Position numbers and translations under genes: made by a program | The notes under the pieces: generated by a model | What the model was told of the DNA's origin: nothing | Database searches by the model: none | The model's input: only the letters and a program-made list of their open reading frames with translations | In this document: in pieces, positions 39,105 through 52,420 of the stretch | How the letters are laid out: each line of letters starts with the position of its first letter | How positions within the stretch are numbered: position 1 is the first letter of the stretch | Assembly (NCBI GenBank): GCA_028534125.1 | Contig: CM052816.1 | Coordinates: 39,372,001 to 39,436,000, forward strand | Origin: Lama glama | Lineage: Eukaryota | Length of the DNA stretch: 64,000 nucleotides | Direction of reading: 5' to 3'

Positions 39105-39250
39105 AGTTATTCATGGATGCATTCATTCCTTGCAGTTGAGTGCCTTCTGTGTGCAAGGCACTCACTGTGTTAGATGCTTGAGATTTTTTATTCAGTGATA
39201 AAGATGGATGGAGCAGTGTCCTCATGGAACTTAAGAAAGTCATATACAAT
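39105..39250 (-). mobile_element. L2 3' end fragment
   Basis: 'cattcattcc...ttgagtgccttctgtgtgcaaggcact...tcctcatggaactta'. Confidence 0.65.
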
Positions 39251-41316
39251 CAATGCATTGTATAATATACATAATTAAAATAATCGATATGGTAGATATC
39301 TACCATTTATTGAAACCTTACCCTATACCAGGCACTTTAACGAATTTGTATAGATTATATAATAAAGTACTACCAGAAACAAAATGTTACACTTTACAGT
39401 TACTGTAAAGACACAGAAATACTGGTCAACAAATGATATGTTACAGGCTATAGCTTTTTAACTTTTTTTTGAGTGTATGTAATTAACATCTCTTTTATGA
39501 AAATACTCAGCAGAATGACTCCGAAGCAAATTCTTATTATTCATGAGCCCTCAAGGTTTTGTGAAATAGAATAGAATATTGCAAATTTGCCTGAAAGGAA
39601 TTTAAAATCTGTTTCACTTTCTCCGTGTACAATTAGAAATTTTACACAATAGAAAGTAATTCTTTTTTTCTTATTTTTATATTTGTTTTTCGAATCAGTT
39701 TTCACACAGAAATGTGCTCGCTTCCTCTTCAATCAGGCTACCACTCTGTGGCATTGAATCAGTATATTCCAGAGTTGGGATGGATTTGGAGTTTGTTGTT
39801 ATAATTTCCTCAGACTTCAAATTCTTCCAGTGGTAGGCTGCTATTCCCTTTTGTGTACGGTGGTGTCTGTGGAACAGAGGTGTTTTCTCAAGGTTCCTGC
39901 TTCTGTGACAGCAGCAGTCCTTCCGTGCCTGAGCCACGGGGAGTCGCTCTCTCCTCAGCCTTGCCTAGAGCCCGGCAGTAAACTAGTGTGACTTGTGACT
40001 AGTTGCTAAGCGCACAGTGGGCACAGGGGGATCTCTGTTGTCCTGGTCTAGCCTCAGTCTTAGACTCTGTGAGCCTGAGCCTCAGGGGTCTGTCTCAGCT
40101 GTCCTGCAGCCATCATGGAATGATATCTATGTCTTCTAGGTATGATATTTCTTGGTTGGAAGAGAATTTCAACTCATCCCTCAGTGATAGTAAACTCCTG
40201 CAGGATCTTGGGTCAGGGTTTTTCCTTCCCTTCTTCCAGGGATGGATTAATTTTTGTGTGTGCATTTCCTTGAAGCAGTGGACCTTTGCCCAGGCCCTTG
40301 AAGAGAGAGAAAATGGATATAATGTTCAGAAAATGAGTATAATTTCTGTCCATATCCAAGAGGAAAGTAAATATATTGGAAAATCTTTTAAGAAGTGATT
40401 CCAATTATGTCTGCTGTTAGAATATTTCTGCTTACCTGATGTGTTCACAGCCACAGTCCTGGTATGGCCCTATGCCTTCTAGTCTTCTCCAGTTTCTTCC
40501 CTCTCTCTCGCTCTTGTTCTAGCTCTCACTCTGGCAGCTGTAACTACCTCATATATCCCTCTGATGACTCTCCCCTCGTTCCTAGTCATATTAGGATGAG
40601 TCTTCTTTTATACTTGGGAGTAAGTGGGGTCTGTATCCCCCAAGCCATTCCATTCCTTCCCAACAGGATGGCTTCATCAAGTCAATTCAGAGGAAGGAAG
40701 AAAAAGAAACATTTCAGGCTCAGCTCCAAGCTGGCTAGAGTTCACTGTTGTTTTTCTGGTGAAAAGAGAGTCATCAAACCCTCATCTGTTCTTGTTGGTT
40801 TAGATGGCAGTTGTGAGAGTTCCCACTGTCATCTCTGCACCTCATTAGGGTTTATAGGAAACCCAGAAAACAGCTGAGGATCACGGTACAGCAAGAGCTT
40901 GATTAATGGGGCCAGGAAAATATCCAGCAAACTCCATAGAGAGGGCAGCTCTGTTTGAGACAGAGAATGTGGCATAGTCCAGCTTTGAATTAGAAAGATC
41001 TATAGGAATATCCTTTTTCCTAAATCAGATCTTTGAGTCCTATCATGACCTTATATAATGTTTGCCTGGAGCAGTCTGCTCATTTTATTGGGAAACCTAG
41101 ATCTGAAATCCTCCTTCATTCTCAAATAGACTTTTTAACAGTAGCACAGTTGTTACTCCCTTTAAAGCATCATGTGTTGAAAATCTGCAGGTATGTAATA
41201 CATGGATTTCAGTATTTCAACAGATGATTGATTCTGGATACACCAACAATATATGCTTAGACTGTCAAATTATATTTTCCGGAAGATAACAAAAAGAAAT
41301 GGGCATCCTAATTTTT

Positions 41317-42367
41317 TAAAAAACTGAATTAATGGATTTTTTGAGGTATGATGGACATATGGTGTTACATTAGTTTCAGATGTACAACATAATGATTTGA
41401 TATTGTGACATGATACCACAGTAAGTCTAGTTACCATCTATCACTGTACATATTTACAAATGTATTTTCTGTGAGAACTTTTAAGATTTACTCTCTGAGC
41501 AACTTTTCAGCAATACCATACTGTTAGCTATCGTCACAATGCTGTACATTACATTCTCACATAAATATACATTCCTACTCCAGTTACTTATTTTATAACT
41601 AGAAGTTTGTACTTTTGACCTCCCCTCATTTCCCCTTCCACCTCCCCCATCTCTGGCTACCACCAGTATTTTCACTATGTCCATGAATCTGGTTTTTCTC
41701 TTGTTTTTATAGATTCCACATATAAATGAGATCATACAATATTTTTCCTTCTCTGTCTGACTTATTTCACTTAGCTTAATGCCCTCAAGGTCCACCCATG
41801 GTATCACACATGACAAGATTTCATTCTTTTTATGGCTGAGTAGTATTCCACTGTGTATATATATTCAATTGTGTACCATATATTTACCATTCATCCATTG
41901 ATGGACACTTAGGTTGTTTCTGTATATTGGCTATTGTAAATAATACTTGAGTGAACGTGGGAGTGCATAAATCTTTTCAAATTTATCTTTTCACTTTCTT
42001 TGGATATATACCTAGAAGTAGAATTGCTGGCTCATATGGTAAGTCTATTTTTAATATTTTGAGGAACCAGTTTTCCATAGTGGCTGTACCAATTTGCAGT
42101 CCCACCAACAGTGTACGGGGGATCCCTTTTCTTCCTATTCTCACCAACACTTGTTATCTCTTATTGCTTTGATAATGTCCATTCTAACAGGTGTGAGCTA
42201 ATATCTCATGGTGATTTTTGATTTGCGCTTCCCTGATGCTTAGTGATGTTAACCATCTTTACATGTGCCTGTTGGCCATCTGTATGTCTTCATTGGAAAA
42301 ATGTCTTTTTAGATCTTCTGTCCATTTAATCAGATTATTATTATTATTATTTTTACTATTAAGTTTT
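41317..42367 (-). mobile_element. 5'-truncated L1 with TSD
   Basis: L1 ORF2 C-terminal peptide (WVDLEGIKLSEISQTEKEKY); TSD atgggcatcctaattttt (41299-41316) vs atgggcattctaatttct (42368-42385) matches at 16/18. Confidence 0.93.
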
Positions 42368-42809
42368 ATGGGCATTCTAATTTCTAAAACTGCTACTTAT
42401 TAAGAAATCCTTTTCCGCTCATTTGTTGATGTGACTCAGCCAAATTTCCTTTTAAAACTTCCCTTTCAGTCCCTTTATTAGTTTTTATTGTTGTTCTAAA
42501 CTCCCTTCAGTTTGTGTCTGACCTAATCTACTGACATACTCAAATAATGTAATACACTATAATTGTACTCTGAAGCACAGACTACCTTTTACACTGCTCC
42601 CCAGAGAAGAGCTGCCTGGTGCTCACCTCACAATGCAAGGTTTGCAGCCCCTAAACGTGCCCGTCAGGATGTGCACTGCACACATAAAAGCACCATTTAA
42701 TGGTTATATACACTGATGAAATTAATATAGCAGTGACCTAAACACACTTGAGCATTTCTCCAATGTTAAAAGGTAACAAGTCAATAATAAATAATTTTAA
42801 AGTAAATGT

Positions 42810-42990
42810 CAGAGGGTAAGACTCTTGGCTGTGACCAGATGAGGAGATCCATTAATACTCTCCCTGAAAGCAGCTGTAAGGCTGTTCCAAATGGATAGGA
42901 ACAATTGTTTCAGCACATCGGAATTTGACCAAAGGCATAGAAAAATCTGAGAACTTTTTATTTTAAAAATGTGCTGAACATCGGCATCTA
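42810..42990 (+). mobile_element. Possible old L1ME-type 5'UTR fragment
   Basis: 'tttcagcacatcggaatttgaccaaaggcatagaaaaatctgagaa' resembles a recalled L1ME 5' end. Confidence 0.4.
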
Positions 42991-44689
42991 ATAGGGAGCC
43001 AGATGGTGAAGCAGAACTGTGATTTATAGAGGGGAATCTAGCAAAAACGGCTGGAAGACACTGTGTAAATGACTGTATGTATATCCAGCTATGCAGGAGT
43101 AACAGCAACTACAAACCACAGTCCACTCATGGAGATAACGCTGGCATAGTTCTCTTCCCTCTAGAAAGGGGGAATGCAGTGATCTGGGTGTTCCTGTGCA
43201 GTAGGTACTATGATAGAAATATATTAAGAAACAGGAAAGACACTAAAGAAACAAGGGTCAATTTTCTCTAAAGGCTTCAGGAACAGCAAGAAAGATTTCT
43301 GGTAGATGATACTTGCAAAAGTTCTGAAGTGGAAAAGGTGAGTGCCCGCACTGAGATGTGTATGATGGTGGATGGGATAAGAGGGTATTTCAGATAAACA
43401 GCCACAAGGGCAGGAGGAGAGGGACAGCAGCTCTGGGAGGCCGTCCTGTCCAGTGGTGGAGGAGGGAGAGCTGCAGTGACTGTTAGGAGTCAGGCACTAG
43501 ATCAAGATGCCTTTTAAACCTCGTCACAGAGCCAGAGTTTTTACCTACAGCGATAGAGAGCTGTTATTAAAAGGTTCCTTACTGGTGAGCATGAGATGTG
43601 TGGATTAGCCTTACCTATCTGCTACCAGCCTGGGTAGTTTAGAATGAAAACAGGAACAGGGAAACCCCTTGAAGAGGTTGTTACCATCAAACAATTAGTA
43701 TGTGATGAAAGTATAGCCTTAGAGCGACTATTTTTAAGCTGTTCGGTCTTTGGCCCCATTACACTATTTAAAATTATTGAGAACACAAGTGCTTCTCTTA
43801 TTTTTTCCTACAAATTTGCCATATTAGAAATTAAGAGATTTTTAAAGTTACTAATTGTAATTAATTAAAAATATCAGTAACAAAGCCACTACATAAATTT
43901 ATGAAAACATAACTGTATTTTCCAAATTTAAAAAAAAATCCATGAGAAGGGTGGCATTATTTTACAGTTTTGTAAATCTCTTTAATATCTGGCTTAATAA
44001 GATAGCTGGATCCTCGTATCTGCTTCTGCACTGAAAACAATCTTGTTTTAGCTGATGTGTCTGAAAAAACCTGGTCTAACATAGACATAAGTTCAAAAAA
44101 GGAGTGCTTTAATAACCTTTTCAGATAACTTTGGATATTCTTTTTAATGTTATACCAAAATGAGGACTTATTTATTAAAATTTAGCTCCAGTGTGAAATC
44201 TTAAACTATTATTGAAAAACTTTTCATGTTACATCGTTCCATTAAAATCCATTAGTCATCTTGCACTTTGAATGGAGCTTCCCCATAAGTGGTCTTGTAA
44301 CACAGTTAATGGGGCGAGTTGTCTGGAAAATATCGGTTCACACTGCATTATTCATAATTTTCAAATATTGTCACATTTCATTATGCAGTATTTTATGAAC
44401 TCATTCTTGTTATCACCACTGATCTCATCAGAATAGCCTTTAAGAATTTGGAAGCAGTCAAGCTAATAATAGTGAATATTAGTTTTCCAAAATACTAATT
44501 TTCAGTTGAAAGCTCAAATGTTATCACTGGCAGTATTTAATGTCATTTTTTTTTTTTTACTTGAAGTTACAGGCTCACATCATATATTTGTGAGAGAATG
44601 ACAAGTATCCAAGTCTGAATAGCTATAGTTTGTCAGTCATTCTAACAAATTAACCATCTTGTTCTGTTTTTAAAAAGTGACTCAAAACT

Positions 44690-45000
44690 CAAAGTTCCAA
44701 TTATAAGATAAATAATTACTAGGGATGTAATGTTGAACATGCTAAGTATAATTAGCACTGCTGTATGTTATATGTGAAAGTTGTTAAGAGAGTAAATCCT
44801 AAGAGTTCTCATCATAAGGAAGAAATTCATTTCCTATTTCTTTAATTTTGATGGTGATGATGAATGTTCACTGGACTTATGGTGGTAATCATTTCATGAT
44901 GTGTGTAAGTCAAATCATTATGCCGTACACCTTAAACTTACACAGTGCTGTATTCATTTGTATCTCAATGGAACTAGAAGGAAAACATTAAAAAAAAAAA
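44690..45000 (+). mobile_element. 5'-truncated L1 3'UTR nested in Charlie1
   Basis: 'tagggatgtaatg', 'gaaagttgttaagagagtaaatcctaagagttctcatca', A tail. Confidence 0.85.
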
Positions 45001-45449
45001 GACTTTCATAAATCCCTTGTAAGTGTTATCAGACACTCCTGTCACTTTGGTGGTATTGTGCTTCCCTCATAGAGCACTGACTGATCTGTCAAACTAAAAA
45101 ACCTTAACACCCAACTCACACAGTGGTCTTCTTCCAGATTTCCATTGTACTGCAATATACAACACAAATGTTTTGTGTACTTCCCACTTTCTCACACAGA
45201 ATACTGAAAACAGAAGTACTCATTGTTAAGATTTAATTAAATTAATTTTTATTATTTCATCTTGGACATTCTTAAGTGAAATTGGCTTTTTCAGTTTTTC
45301 CATGAGTCCATGAATTGAAGAATAAAATGACTCCTAGTGTACTCTGGTGCCACTGATTTGATTGTTTTTAGCAGCCAGCAGTTTTACCTACCACCATTAG
45401 TTCCACAAAATATGGTAGAAAAAGCAAATAACATTATTGTACTAATAAC

Positions 45450-46730
45450 ACTTGAATATAAGACCTGAATCCATAAACTCCTGTAAGGAAAGTTAGGCTT
45501 TAAGCTCCTTGACATTAATCTTGGCAATGATTTTTTGGATCTGACTCTAAAAGCAAAAATAACAAAAGTTAGAATAAGTAAGTGAGACTACATCAAACTA
45601 AAAAACTTTGCACAGCAAAGTAAGTCATCAACAAAATGAAAAAGCAACCTACCAATGGGAGAAAATATCTGCAAATCATATATCTGGTAAGGGGTTAATA
45701 TCCAAAATATATAAAGATTGCATACAACTCAGTAGCAAACAATCCAGTTAAAAAATGGGCAGAGTAGTGGAATAGGCATTTTTCCAAAGAAGACATACAG
45801 ATGAGCAGCAGGTACATGAAAAGATTCTTAACATCACTAATCATCAGGGAACACAAATCAAAATGACAGCAATGTATCTTCTCACATCTTTTAGAATGGC
45901 TGTTAGCAAAAGGACAAGGAGTAACAAGTGCTAGTGAGGATGTGGAGAAAGTGTATCATTATGTACTATTGGTGGAATTGTAAATTGGTGCAGACACTAT
46001 GGAAAACAGTATGGAGGATCTTTAAAATATTAATAGAACTACCATATGATCTAGAAATTCCTCTCCTGGGTATTTATCCCAAGAAAACTAAAGTGCTAAG
46101 TTGAAAAGATATATATGTACCTCTATGTGTACTACATCATTATAGCCCAGTTATGGAAACAACGTATGTGCCCATCAGTCGATGAATAGATAAAGAATAT
46201 ATAGTATATGTACATATACATACAATGGAATACTATTCAGCCAAACAAAAGAATGAAAACTTGCCATTTACAACATCATGGTGGACCATGAGGGTATTAT
46301 GCGAAGTGAAATAAGTCAGACAGAAAAACAAGTAACATATGGTCTCACGTATATGTGGAATCTAACAACAGCAAAAGCTAAACTCACAGAGAACAAATTG
46401 GTGTTTGCCAGACATGGGGGTAGTGGGTGGACAAAACGGGTGAAAGGGATCAAAGGTACAAACCTCCACTTATAAAGAATTCATGGGATGTAATGTGCAG
46501 CATCGTCACTATTGTTAATAATGCTGTATTGCATATTTGAAAGTTGCTAAGAATAAATTTTAAAGTCCTCATCACAAGAGAAAAAATTTTGTGTTTCTGT
46601 ATGAGGGCACATATTAAGTAACTTTATTGTGGTGATTGTTTCACAGTATATACAATTATTGAATCATGATGCTGTACACCTAAAACTAACACAGTGTTAT
46701 ATGTCCATTATATCTCAAGAACATAAAAAT
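45450..46730 (+). mobile_element. 5'-truncated L1 (ORF2 end + 3'UTR) nested in Charlie1
   Basis: 'gactacatcaaactaaaaaactttgcacagcaaag', 'gaactaccatatgatc', 'gaaataagtcagacagaaaaa', 'tatatctcaa'. Confidence 0.92.
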
Positions 46731-48729
46731 TACTTAGACCTCCAGACTCTGTGGGAGGATATCAGACATTCCCAGGGGACCACAGACCATACTTTAAGAA
46801 CCAGTGACTTAAGGAAGAGGGGAAGAGAACCAGGAGAGAATGGATGTAAGAGATTTGGTTAAATATCACTTATAAGAATTGTCATCTTCTCTCTCTCAAA
46901 ACGCCTGTGTACATGTAACTGAGTGACAGGGTTTAGCGTTTTTTTGTGTGCTGCTTTTTATTCATTTCACATAGCTTCTCTATATCATTTGTCTAACTGC
47001 TCTGCTCGTTAAAGCGTTGTGAAACTATCCCTGTCTTTTTCTCTTTTCCTGTAAGATTGACCATGTAACAGTTAAGCCCCTAATTAAAAGATTTGGTTAG
47101 TTTGTAGCTCTCAGAACAGACTGAAAAATTTGGACCATAGGTTTGTACTCTTACTAACCTAACATTATTATATGAGGCAAAACTCATATTGTTTTTAAAT
47201 TATCCTGAAATTGAGAAGAACCTTTAGCTTCAAGTATTAAAATTACAGTTATTGGCTTACTGATTACTTTTCCATTTCGTTATAATGAAATAGCACAGAA
47301 CTAACGGCTTGATTTGCACAGTAAACAAAAACCTAGAAGGATAATATCTTCCTGACCTTTTTAACATACCACTTTAAACATTTGTGTCTGTTTTTTGCCT
47401 GCTTAGGGTTCCAAAGTTGGCATATTATTGTATTTTGAGCCAGAAATGAAGATAGTAAGAACATAAGACACAATTATTGATAGGCTTAGGGCATTGTTTT
47501 ACCACAAAATATTAAAAAGAGAAGACCACTTATCTTCATTCTAGGTATGGTTTTGTTATCATTTCAGTGAAGTCCATGACTTTGGACACATTAGTTAATT
47601 ACTATGTACTTTAACTGACTCATGCATAAAACAGAGGTTAAACTAGAGGATTTGTCAGCTTCCTTTTTTTTTGTTTTTTTTTTTTAAACCAAGCTACACT
47701 CATTAATCTATGACTGTGTCAACCAATATAATTACTTTATTTTGTATTGAATAACAGTCTGTGATATTAAAAAGAGGATTAATGAATTATTTGGTTACCA
47801 TAGCAATGGTGTGGTGATCTTTTCTCTCTTCCTGGTGGAAAGATTTTTAATACGTGCAGTTGAGTCCCACATGTGATAATTAGATGTATCTGGTTTTATC
47901 TTTTTTATCAAATGTAAATATTCAGAATAACTTTTCTTCATTCCTGTTAGAAAATGATGGTTTAATTTCTACACTTGTCTCAATTGCATTATTATTTATT
48001 CTGTCTAAATCCACAGTTGACTTGTAAAGGAAGAAACTCAGTTTAATAAGTCAGTATATGATGTTTTGGAAACACAGAATGTTCTCCAAACTTAATTCTT
48101 TGATTCCAAAGTATTTGAAGTTGACTAAAATTCAGAGTTGGAATTTGACAAGAAAATAACAACAGGGGATTTTAAGTAACTCAGAAAATAAAAAGTAAAA
48201 CAGTCTTTATTTCTACATAAGGAAGGATCTACTTTAATGGCTCTGGATGATTGACAAATAAATTGTCTGATTCTCCTAGAACAAAAAGTTTTAAGAAATC
48301 ACAACTTACAGGAGCATTGAGAATAACTTTTAAAATGGATGGCAGAACTACTGTGGGTTACTTGATAATTGCATTTTGTTTTATAATCCCCAAATAACTG
48401 TGCGTGATGCATGACCACAAAAATCATGAGAGCGGTGGGCAAAGGGAAGTCTCTCCCTCTCTCTTCCTTCCGACATCCACCCCCGTCCCTCCCGCTCCCT
48501 CCACAGCTCTCTCAACAACTGGCCTCTGTTACTATAATATGCAGCTGCAGGTGCTTTCATAGTTGGCTTTTCCAACCCTGATCATCACAGAACAGCATGA
48601 GCTACTCTGTTATCCCTAGTGTAGACAATAAAGCTTACCCTGCACTTGCTTATACAGTTACCCTATGAAGTCACTTTATTGCTAATAGCATATGAATTGA
48701 ATGTGAGGCAGTTTTTGATAGGATGAATA

Positions 48730-49240
48730 TCTCTTGTTTCTGCCTCTTAGTTACTGTTCCCCATTTGTCACCCAAAAACCCCAGATTCTCCTTTGAAGGA
48801 ACTATTCTTCCTACTCAGAGCACAGTGTCCATGGCAGAGTTGACTCCAAACTTAGCATCAAGGTGTGAGTCTGACCAGAAGAAGCAAGCCAGTTCGCACA
48901 TCCCCTAGGCAGAGTGATTGTTTCAAGGAGGGCTTCTGACCTACTTTGGGCCATCTTCCTCAAAAGCCTAGATTTTATTGATGTTTTGCAAAGACAGGAT
49001 CTTTCTTTTCTGCTGTGGTTGCTGACAGGATAAGATACTAGCCCCCAGCAGACCTCTTTTCCCATGAGGCAAGTCAGCCTATAATCTCTGATGGGGAAGA
49101 ACAAAACAAAACAAAAACAAAAAGAGTAAAATAGCTCAATCATAACTTCTCATTTAAAATGAAAAGTAAAATGTCCTTTTCTTTAAACTACTTGAAGCAG
49201 GACATCTGATTATTTTGCATCTGAAAATTCTGTTATATAT
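48730..49240 (+). mobile_element. ERVL LTR (LTR16-like), decayed
   Basis: 'catcccctaggcagagtgattgtttcaaggagggc...tgacc' and 3' 'tttaaactacttgaagcagg...ttgcatctgaaa'. Confidence 0.6.
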
Positions 49241-49600
49241 ATATAGAGAGAGAGCACATGTAACTCTCTGCTATATTTACCTTCATATTTGTTTACTTAT
49301 GGAGTATCTGAAAAGGATTAACAGTTTTTCACTGCTGTTAAAATTTTTTCCAAAGTCCCTGTGAATGTACACAAAATATTGATATGCATGTAAGATATAA
49401 TTAAAAAATCAACGACAATCTCTCAAATAACTCATTTAGTTAAGACTGCAACCAAAAGAAGTCTAGTATTTTATTCTTAATCTATGGTAAAAGTATAGTT
49501 TATTAGAGGATTTGTGTTGTATGTTATCTAATTCAAATTTAACAGCCTATTTCAAGGACTTGTCTGTATTCAGTTATTTTTTAACTTTTCATTTTTATAG

Positions 49601-49654
49601 ATCACAAACTAAATGAAATTCTACTTAAAAAAAACCCCACATACAAAATGAATG
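49601..49654 (+). other. Candidate 54-nt exon
   Basis: Acceptor 'ttttttaacttttcatttttatag' and donor ATG|gtaagg; only the phase-1 frame is open (HKLNEILLKKNPTYKMN). Confidence 0.3.
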
Positions 49655-50299
49655 GTAAGGAAAAAGTGTACTTACAGAAGTCTCAGGAAAATTTAATTTT
49701 TTTTCTTGTCTTGAAAAATAATTTTGATTATAATGTCACTTACACATGTTAATTATGTCAAAACTTCTAGACACGTAGAATATTTCTTTCACATTGACCT
49801 TGACATAGTTTTTCTGGTTTTTTGCCAAAAGAAGATTTACCCATGCTTTAAATGCTGTGGTTTCCTCAGTCTCAAAGATAATGTATCCTCTGAAACCTCC
49901 ATTATGGTATTTTCCTTGAGATGGAGCAATATTTTCTGAAAGAATAATTGAAGTTGTAGTTATATGATGATCCTGAATAGCCGGAGGCTTAACATTTCAG
50001 TGCTAGACAAATTCTTATTATCTGTACTCTTCAAAAATGGGTATGACGGCCAAAAATTCATCATGTGTCTCATTTCAGGAAGATGAAGGGAGCAGAGATG
50101 AGGTAGTGCAGATCCTGGACTGCACTTTTAGTTAGAAATGAAACAGAAGGTATGGTCTCCCCATTTGTATCAGTAGGCTTAAAATTCTAGCAAGATGGGA
50201 AAATAATGCATCAAGAAAATATGCAGATGTCTAAAACAGGAAAAAATGGCTAATAATCACATAAAAGTATATTGATACCATGATACTTTCCTTCACTTA

Positions 50300-50487
50300 G
50301 GTATTTCTCTGAGTGTGTTTTTCAGACAAACTACAGTAGCATCAGCTGAAGTGCTTGTTAAAAATCCTGTTTCTTGGGCTATTTTCCAGCTGTTGAATCA
50401 GATTGTCTGGTTTGGAACTGAGAGTTCTGAATATTTAATAGCAATCTCTAGGGGAGTCAATACATGTTGAGGTTTTGAAAACTACTC
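50300..50487. mobile_element. MER5-type MITE
   Basis: 'gcatcagctgaagtgcttgttaaaaat...ttgaatcaga...ttttgaaaactact'. Confidence 0.65.
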
Positions 50488-51142
50488 ACTGAGAGCTTGT
50501 GGATGACTGGCCACAATTATGTTTGTATCATATGAGCTATATTTCTCACCTTCTTTACAATGGATTTTTATACAGCTCACACTTGAGTCTAGTGATTCTA
50601 CAAAACTTCCTTTGTACACCCAACTTGGACTTCTGGATATCAGCTAATGAAATATATTAAAAGCTGCTGTATGGTGGAATTGCCTTCCAGCCAACAGTTT
50701 TGCTTCAGCAGAGTGGATTTCTTTGTCTGCACAGCATTGCTGGTTATGGGAATATTACTGTCTTCATCCCATGTGTAGTAAAAAGAATGAAAAACAAGAA
50801 GATTGAGTAATGGTTCTCAGTGAGAAGTAATGCATATGAGAATGAAGAGATTATTATAGTTACACTAAATAATGAATTTTAATGTCATTCTAACATAAGT
50901 TGTCTAAATTGGCAGAAGAGAAATAAAATGAAATACGTATATGACATATTAGAAATGACATTTTCCAAACAGGGTCTAAAAAGCATGATTTATTAGAGAT
51001 TTTAAAAAAATTCTTTTTTCTCTTTGGGTTTGGAATCTACCCATCTATCTATACATGTGTACATACATGTCATTCTAACACCATGTCTCTTCTAGGAATT
51101 TATTATGTATGAAATTGAGGGATTACCTCTATAATATTGTGG

Positions 51143-52420
51143 TATTTATTCATTCATTCAACAAACATTGAAAACCTCCATTGCAAGCAATATTCTAGAA
51201 GCAGTATGTATTGTAGTAACAAACCAGAAAACAATTTAAGTCCCAAGCTCTCACAAGGCTTCCATCCTAGTGGAGGAGGGGGTGACAGTAAACAAATAAT
51301 TAGTGAATATCTGTCCGGTGATGATAAATGCTACGAAGAAAAATAAAGCAGAGTAGCATGTTGTATCGTGTGGTTCGGGAAAACCTCTCTGATAACCTAG
51401 CATTTGATTTGGAGCCTGAAAGAAGTGGAGGAGCGATCCGTGCAGCTCTTGGAGAAAGGGCACTCCAGGCATCAGATTAACAAATGCGAAGGCTTGAGGC
51501 AGAAGCTTGCACAGCAAGCGTGAGAGGACAGAGGGGAGGCCGTGTGGCTGGCGTGGGGTCAGGGAGCATATCTGGGAGGGGAGGAGATCAGCAAAGCAGC
51601 AGGGGGCTAGACCGTGGAAAGCCTTGCAGACTATTGTGAGCACTTGGGATCTCTTCTGGGTGAACTGGGAAGCCACTGATGGGTTTGGGGAGGAATAATA
51701 CTGTCATGTTTTATGAAGATGTATAAGTCTGATTTCTGTGTGGAGAGTGGGCTGTGGAGAGCAAGAGTGGTAATAGGAATTTCATTACAAGGCTTTCAGA
51801 ACAGTCTAAGCTAAAGGTAACGTTGTCCTGGACTAGGGTGAGTGCATTGGAAGTAGGGAGAAATGTCTGGCTTCTGGTTATAGTTTACAGTAGGACTTGC
51901 TGTTAAAGAAGATGTGAATTTGCAAGAAAAAAAATGTGACTCTAAATTTCTCATTCTGAAAGATTGGAGTTATCATTTACTAAAGTGAGAAAGACAGTAA
52001 GAGGAGCATTTGAGATGGGAGAGGGGAATGTGGGATAAACTTTCATTTGGAACATGGTGAGCTTGAGATGTCGCTTTGTCACATAAGGGGAGATACCAAA
52101 TAGGCTGCTGGCTCTATGGGGCCAGAGTCCAGGGAAGAGGTCAGAGTTAGAGATAGACATTTGGAGTCATCAAATATAGATAATATTTCAACTCAAAGAG
52201 CCAGATGTAATCACCCGGGGAGGACATGTAGACAAAGAGGATACTGAGGACCTGAGCCCCAGGCCACTCCAGCGTTCAGAGATAAAGGAGGTGGAAGCCA
52301 TAAGGGAGACCCAGAAGGCAGCATGACAGGAGTGGAGCGCAGAGTCAGGCATCTTAGCAGATAACTGTTAAGTCGTTGATAAGAGAGAAGTGAAAGATGA
52401 TGCTGAGCTTTGTCGGTCAT
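51143..52420 (-). mobile_element. L2 (L2a-like) 3' region, about 1.3 kb
   Basis: 'ttcattcattcaacaaacatt', 'ggtgatgataaatgctacgaagaaaataaagcag', 'gggaagccactga', 'atttggagtcatca'. Confidence 0.9.

Larger units (their letters stand above)
43725..46806 (-). mobile_element. Charlie1-type hAT transposon, near full span, with two nested L1 insertions
   Basis: Reverse Charlie1 3' end ('tctctttaatatctggcttaataagatagctggat'), middle ('ggacattcttaagtgaaattggc') and 5' terminus ('gaccatactttaagaaccagtg'). Confidence 0.8.

Noticed and set aside
40003..40877. 131-aa and 137-aa plus-strand ORFs
   Set aside because: Ser/Leu-rich composition typical of non-coding DNA, with no motifs.
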